Assembly (NCBI GenBank): GCA_046497275.1
Contig: JAWOFX010000186.1
Location: forward strand, 7,273-39,272
DNA: 32,000 bases
From: Promethearchaeia archaeon
GTDB taxonomy: Archaea > Asgardarchaeota > Lokiarchaeia > Sigyniarchaeales > SOKP01
Direction: 5' to 3'
The notes below the pieces were generated by a model. It was not told the DNA's origin and made no database searches. It worked only from the letters and a program-made list of their open reading frames with translations. Position numbers and translations under genes: made by a program. Of this stretch, positions 27,864-32,000 are shown one piece after another; within the stretch, counting starts at the first letter, position 1, and each line of letters starts with the position of its first letter.

Positions 27864-28616
27864 ATGAAAATGGAATTTTGGAAATATTACGATGTGACGC
27901 ACAAGGAGCACCTTGTGTGCAATCCTACAAGCGTTGAAAAATTGGAGGTGCTTATAGATCTTATGAAACTAAAATCGGGCTCAAAAGTGTTAGAAATCGC
28001 CACCGGTAAAGGCGAATTCCTGATTCGGCTTGTCGAAAAGTATAATGTGTCCGGTATAGGCGTTGATCTCTCACCATACCACCTCGGTGATGCTAGAAGA
28101 AAAGCGAAAGAACGTGTTCCGAATGCCGATTTAACACTAATTGAAATGGATGGTGCCGATTATAAGCCTGATGCACTGGAGAGCTTCGACCTTACATGTT
28201 GTTTAGGTGCCAGTTGGATTTATAATGGACATGAGGGGACACTTAAATATTTGATGAGTCAAACCAAGCGCAACGGACTCATCGTGGTGGGAGAACCCTT
28301 TTGGATTTGTACGCCCCCGGAAGAATATTTTAACCTTTCGGAACTTAAATACGAAACCTACAGTACGCATCTTGGGAATGTACAAATTGGAGAAAATCTT
28401 GGTTTAAATCTATTGTACACATTTGTGAGTAACTCCGATGAATGGGATAGATATCTCGGGCTTCAATGGTACGCAACAGATAAGTATGTCCAAGCAAATC
28501 CGAGCGATCCAGATATTCCCGAGCTTTTAGCCAAATTAAATAAAGAAAAATATCTATATCTAAATTGGGAGCGAGACACGTTGGGATGGGCAATATATGT
28601 GTTTAGAAAAACCTAA
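27864..28616 (+). CDS. Class I SAM-dependent methyltransferase (YjhP-like)
   Basis: HLVCNP, VLEIATGKGE, GIGVDLS, CCLGASWI, GEPFW, WDRY and RDTLGWAIYV. Confidence 0.88.
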   Translation: MKMEFWKYYDVTHKEHLVCNPTSVEKLEVLIDLMKLKSGSKVLEIATGKGEFLIRLVEKYNVSGIGVDLSPYHLGDARRKAKERVPNADLTLIEMDGADYKPDALESFDLTCCLGASWIYNGHEGTLKYLMSQTKRNGLIVVGEPFWICTPPEEYFNLSELKYETYSTHLGNVQIGENLGLNLLYTFVSNSDEWDRYLGLQWYATDKYVQANPSDPDIPELLAKLNKEKYLYLNWERDTLGWAIYVFRKT

Positions 28617-28761
28617 ATAGTTTTATTTAGAGTTTTTGTAAAAAATTAACATTTCTCTTCTCATAAATAATAAAATTCTTTGATAATCGATAATTAATTA
28701 TTTTATTGTATAAGAATCAATTTTAATTTTTTATTTCCATAAATCCATACAGAGCTTTGAA

Positions 28762-31700
28762 ATGAACCAAAAACCGCAATCAATCACAATTGGAAAATCA
28801 ACAATATGTCCATTTTGTGGAAAAACTTTAGCCTCAAAGTTTTCTAAATGTTATAATATTCACTGTTCAGGAAAAAAATTCAATCTTTATAATTGGGTAA
28901 TATATAGATTAAATCCAGAATTGGGAATTGGTAAAATTATAAAAGAATTAAAAATTCCAACTTCAAAATCTTTGGATGAGGATGATACCTCCTTCATCAC
29001 AAAATATAAAGTTCAATTTCAAGATTCTATAATTAAGATTATCCATCCTGTTGATCTGATTCATTATGTATTTCAAATCAATGATAAGGTTAAGACAAAT
29101 GAAGGAATTGGAGTCATAAACTCTTCTGATTTTCTCATTAAAGACGGAGAGATTTCTTATGAAATTCTATTCTCAAATGGAAAAAGATCGCAAGTTTATG
29201 AATCTAACATTATTTCTCATTTGAAAAAATCTTCAAAATTCGAAATCTCCCAAAAAAAGTTAGATCCTCCTCAAAATTTTCTTATTAAGTACTGGGCATC
29301 CCTTTTTCATTCTTATTACACCTCTCATCAAATAAAATGTATTACTAACTCCAGACTTTCATTAATGCCTCATCAAATCAATGTAGCGCATCGATTATCT
29401 GAGAAATACTTTCCCAGGATGATCCTTGCGGATGAAGTTGGATTGGGAAAAACAATTGAAGCTGGCATTTATATTAAGGAAATGATGGCTCGAAATCTGG
29501 CAGAAAGAATTCTAATTATAACTCCTGCTACCCTTATTAATCAATGGAAATTTGAGTTTTCGAACAAATTCAATATCAAGTTTAAAATATATGATGGCAA
29601 GAAAATTAAAAAATTGCGCAAAAAAGGAAGTCATAAAAGTTCAAATTTATTGAAAAATCCCTTCTATTATGATAATTTAATTATTTGTTCCTTACAATTT
29701 GCGCGCAATCCAAAATATATCAACCTTTTATCTCAAATCTCTTGGGATATAGTGGTCTTTGATGAGGCACATCACTTAAGAAGATATCTGCTTAATATGT
29801 CAACAGGTAGTTATAGGGAAACACTAAATTATAAATTAGGCAGAGAATTAAGTCAGAGCACAGAATCTTTATTATTATTAACAGCAACTCCCTTACAGTT
29901 GCATTCATTTGAACTTTATTCCCTAATTGAACTTGTACACCCGGAGGCATTTGAAAGTTTTAGTGATTTTGAGCATTTTAGAAAAAATATGCCTTTTATT
30001 AGTCTTTTAGTAAAAAATATCTCACAATTAAATAAATTAAACACATTTGAAGTAAAAAACACTATAAAATTGCTTAAAGAACTCAATTATGTCAATCATA
30101 ATATTTCTCTAAATGAATTTGTCAATCAAATGCATGATCCTAATAAGAAAGAAGCAATCTTCAAAAAATTAGAGAAAGAACATACCCTATCAAAATTTCT
30201 TATACGAAACAGAAAAAAAAATGTAATTTCAAGAGACTATATTAATGAACGTATCGTGAAAACTATCTTAGTAAATCCTAAACAGGAAGAGCTTGAAATT
30301 TATAATGAGATCCGTCTATATTTGGCTAAGATTTATAATATGGCTGGGGATCTAAAAAACAGAAATATTGGGCTCGGTTTTGTTATAACTACACTTCAGA
30401 AACTTCTGACCAGTTCGAAGTATGCGTTTCTAAAAAGCCTTGAAAGAAGATTAAAACAAATTAATAATAAGAAGGATCACTTTGATTATATAGAAACGAT
30501 TAAGAAGGAAGACCCTGAATATTTTGAATCGGAATTAGAAGAGAGAACATTAGATAATGGAAAAAAAGATCAGAAATATAACTCTTCAAAACAAATATTA
30601 AATCTGGAAAATCAAGAAAAGATTTTATCAGATTTTTATAAAAAACTTGTGGCAATCCCTTATGATTCTAAATCCGAAAAACTATTAAAACTTCTTAACA
30701 GGATTCATCAGAATAATCCAAAAGAGAAATTAATAATTTTTACTCAGTTTGTAGATACTTTAAAATTTTTGAAAAAGAGAATAGAGAGAGAGAATTCAGA
30801 ATTTTTCGTTGAAACTTTTTACGGTGGGAAGAATAAACAAGAAAAAGCAGAATCAGTAAAAAACTTTAGAGAAAATAACTCCTTTTCAGTGCTTCTATCA
30901 ACAGAGATTGGAGGAGAAGGGCGTAATTTCCAATTTTGTAGAATTTTAATTAATTACGATCTTCCTTGGAATCCCATGAAATTGGAACAGAGAATAGGGA
31001 GACTGGACAGAATTGGCCAAAAATCAGAAAAAATTTATATCTATAATTTTTTTATGGAAGGGACTATAGAAACAGATATTATCTTCGCATTAAATAAACG
31101 AATCAATTTATTTAAGGAATCTATAGGTAAATTAGAACCAATTATCGGAAAAATAGAAGAAGACTTTAAAGACTTAATATTTACTGATGATAAAGAAAAA
31201 CAGAAAAAATTAAGGGAATTCAATAGAAATCTAGATGATCAAATCAAAAAAGCAAATGAGATGGAGATGCAGTTGGATGATCTGCTTATAGATAAAAAAT
31301 CTTTTCAGATGGATGCTTTTATGAACTATTTATCGTGTGAGGATGTAAAATTAACTCACAATGAGCTTTACCATCTTATAGATGCTTTTTTTTCATTAGA
31401 AAATGGCAAATATGGTGAATTAAGCATATTAAATCATTCAAATATCACGAAAAAGGATGATATAAAATATCTTACTAAAATAAGTCTTTCAAACTTCTTT
31501 CTAAAAAAGTCTCGAAAATTTCTTGATCAGCAATATGAAGGAACCTTCGATTTAGAATTAGCAAAAGCAAAAGAGGAGAAAGATTTTTTTGCATTAGGAC
31601 ATCCAATGATAAATGAAATTTTGAAATTTTGCAGGAGTGATATTTTTAATGGAAGTTTTACGAAATTAACTCTTAAAAAACAACATTTACCAAGAGAATT

Positions 31701-32000
31701 TCAAGAAAAACTTGTAAATATGGATAGAATATATTTAATCATTTTTAAAACTAAATTTCAAGGACTCCTTATTGAAGAAAATTCAAATCCTATTATAATC
31801 GATAAAAATGGCAAGGAAATAAAAGATTTAGAAGATATTATATTGGATATTAAAAATTTTGATAAATTTTACTCTTTTGAATCCGAAAGAGAAAACGAAA
31901 TGGAAATAACTGAATTTAAAGTCCAAAATTTAGTTAAGCGAGCAGAAATGTTGTCAAAAGAAAAAAACCTGAATTGGAAATCTGAGATTTATAGATTAAA
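28762..32000 (+). CDS. SNF2/RapA(HepA)-like ATP-dependent helicase with N-terminal zinc finger; truncated by window end
   Basis: Missing from ORF track because no stop falls in the window. MNQKPQ...CPFC...C..IHC; LMPHQ; LADEVGLGKTIEAG (motif I); DEAHHL (II); LLLLTATP (III); IIFTQF (IV); STEIGGEGRNFQF and YDLPWNPMKLEQRIGRLDRIGQ (V/VI). The same frame is still open at 32000. Confidence 0.93.
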   Translation, partial: MNQKPQSITIGKSTICPFCGKTLASKFSKCYNIHCSGKKFNLYNWVIYRLNPELGIGKIIKELKIPTSKSLDEDDTSFITKYKVQFQDSIIKIIHPVDLIHYVFQINDKVKTNEGIGVINSSDFLIKDGEISYEILFSNGKRSQVYESNIISHLKKSSKFEISQKKLDPPQNFLIKYWASLFHSYYTSHQIKCITNSRLSLMPHQINVAHRLSEKYFPRMILADEVGLGKTIEAGIYIKEMMARNLAERILIITPATLINQWKFEFSNKFNIKFKIYDGKKIKKLRKKGSHKSSNLLKNPFYYDNLIICSLQFARNPKYINLLSQISWDIVVFDEAHHLRRYLLNMSTGSYRETLNYKLGRELSQSTESLLLLTATPLQLHSFELYSLIELVHPEAFESFSDFEHFRKNMPFISLLVKNISQLNKLNTFEVKNTIKLLKELNYVNHNISLNEFVNQMHDPNKKEAIFKKLEKEHTLSKFLIRNRKKNVISRDYINERIVKTILVNPKQEELEIYNEIRLYLAKIYNMAGDLKNRNIGLGFVITTLQKLLTSSKYAFLKSLERRLKQINNKKDHFDYIETIKKEDPEYFESELEERTLDNGKKDQKYNSSKQILNLENQEKILSDFYKKLVAIPYDSKSEKLLKLLNRIHQNNPKEKLIIFTQFVDTLKFLKKRIERENSEFFVETFYGGKNKQEKAESVKNFRENNSFSVLLSTEIGGEGRNFQFCRILINYDLPWNPMKLEQRIGRLDRIGQKSEKIYIYNFFMEGTIETDIIFALNKRINLFKESIGKLEPIIGKIEEDFKDLIFTDDKEKQKKLREFNRNLDDQIKKANEMEMQLDDLLIDKKSFQMDAFMNYLSCEDVKLTHNELYHLIDAFFSLENGKYGELSILNHSNITKKDDIKYLTKISLSNFFLKKSRKFLDQQYEGTFDLELAKAKEEKDFFALGHPMINEILKFCRSDIFNGSFTKLTLKKQHLPREFQEKLVNMDRIYLIIFKTKFQGLLIEENSNPIIIDKNGKEIKDLEDIILDIKNFDKFYSFESERENEMEITEFKVQNLVKRAEMLSKEKNLNWKSEIYRL

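Noticed and set aside
507-31223. Short opposite-strand or overlapping ORF-track entries (e.g. 507..701, 1120..1374, 3434..3802, 5039..5281, 6452..6646, 7223..7459, 14313..14594, 16272..16592, 28345..28593, 31041..31223)
   Set aside because: Shadow frames of well-supported genes with no recognisable motifs.
1-32000. tRNA-Sec, other tRNA/rRNA, CRISPR arrays, IS elements, TAG/pyrrolysine read-through
   Set aside because: By eye I found no GC-rich cloverleaf or rRNA-like tract, regular repeat-spacer array, transposase motif or in-frame TAG at conserved positions; tRNAscan-SE/Infernal were not run.

Overview
AT-rich archaeal window, most consistent with an Asgard archaeon (Lokiarchaeia). This is an inference from TFB/wHTH paralog style, a C-terminally anchored beta-helix surface protein and the selenocysteine system. 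The main result is not visible in the ORF track. Minus-strand 4233-6624 is an intact selenoprotein operon: hdrA (652 aa, four in-frame TGA) followed by vhuD/mvhD (139 aa, two in-frame TGA). All six TGAs align to Cys in Sec-free paralogs 14-19 kb away in this window. One eukaryote-type SECIS (AUGA_AA_GA, with an extra side hairpin) lies just after vhuD and is the only SECIS candidate I can find for all six UGAs. An fdhB-like gene follows. A Cys-only hdrA(long)-mvhD-frhB operon and a tungsten AOR-ferredoxin pair complete a redox-rich neighbourhood. Other genes: a secreted lyase-like protein, an MNT nucleotidyltransferase with a 56-aa partner ORF, HIT, TFB, a cold-shock protein, a beta-helix surface protein, a transglutaminase-like protein, two methyltransferases, a CpXC protein, a molybdopterin oxidoreductase, a wHTH protein and a SNF2/RapA-like helicase running off the right edge. 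I saw no rRNA, tRNA, CRISPR array or transposase. All calls come from manual translation and motif recognition; no database searches were run.
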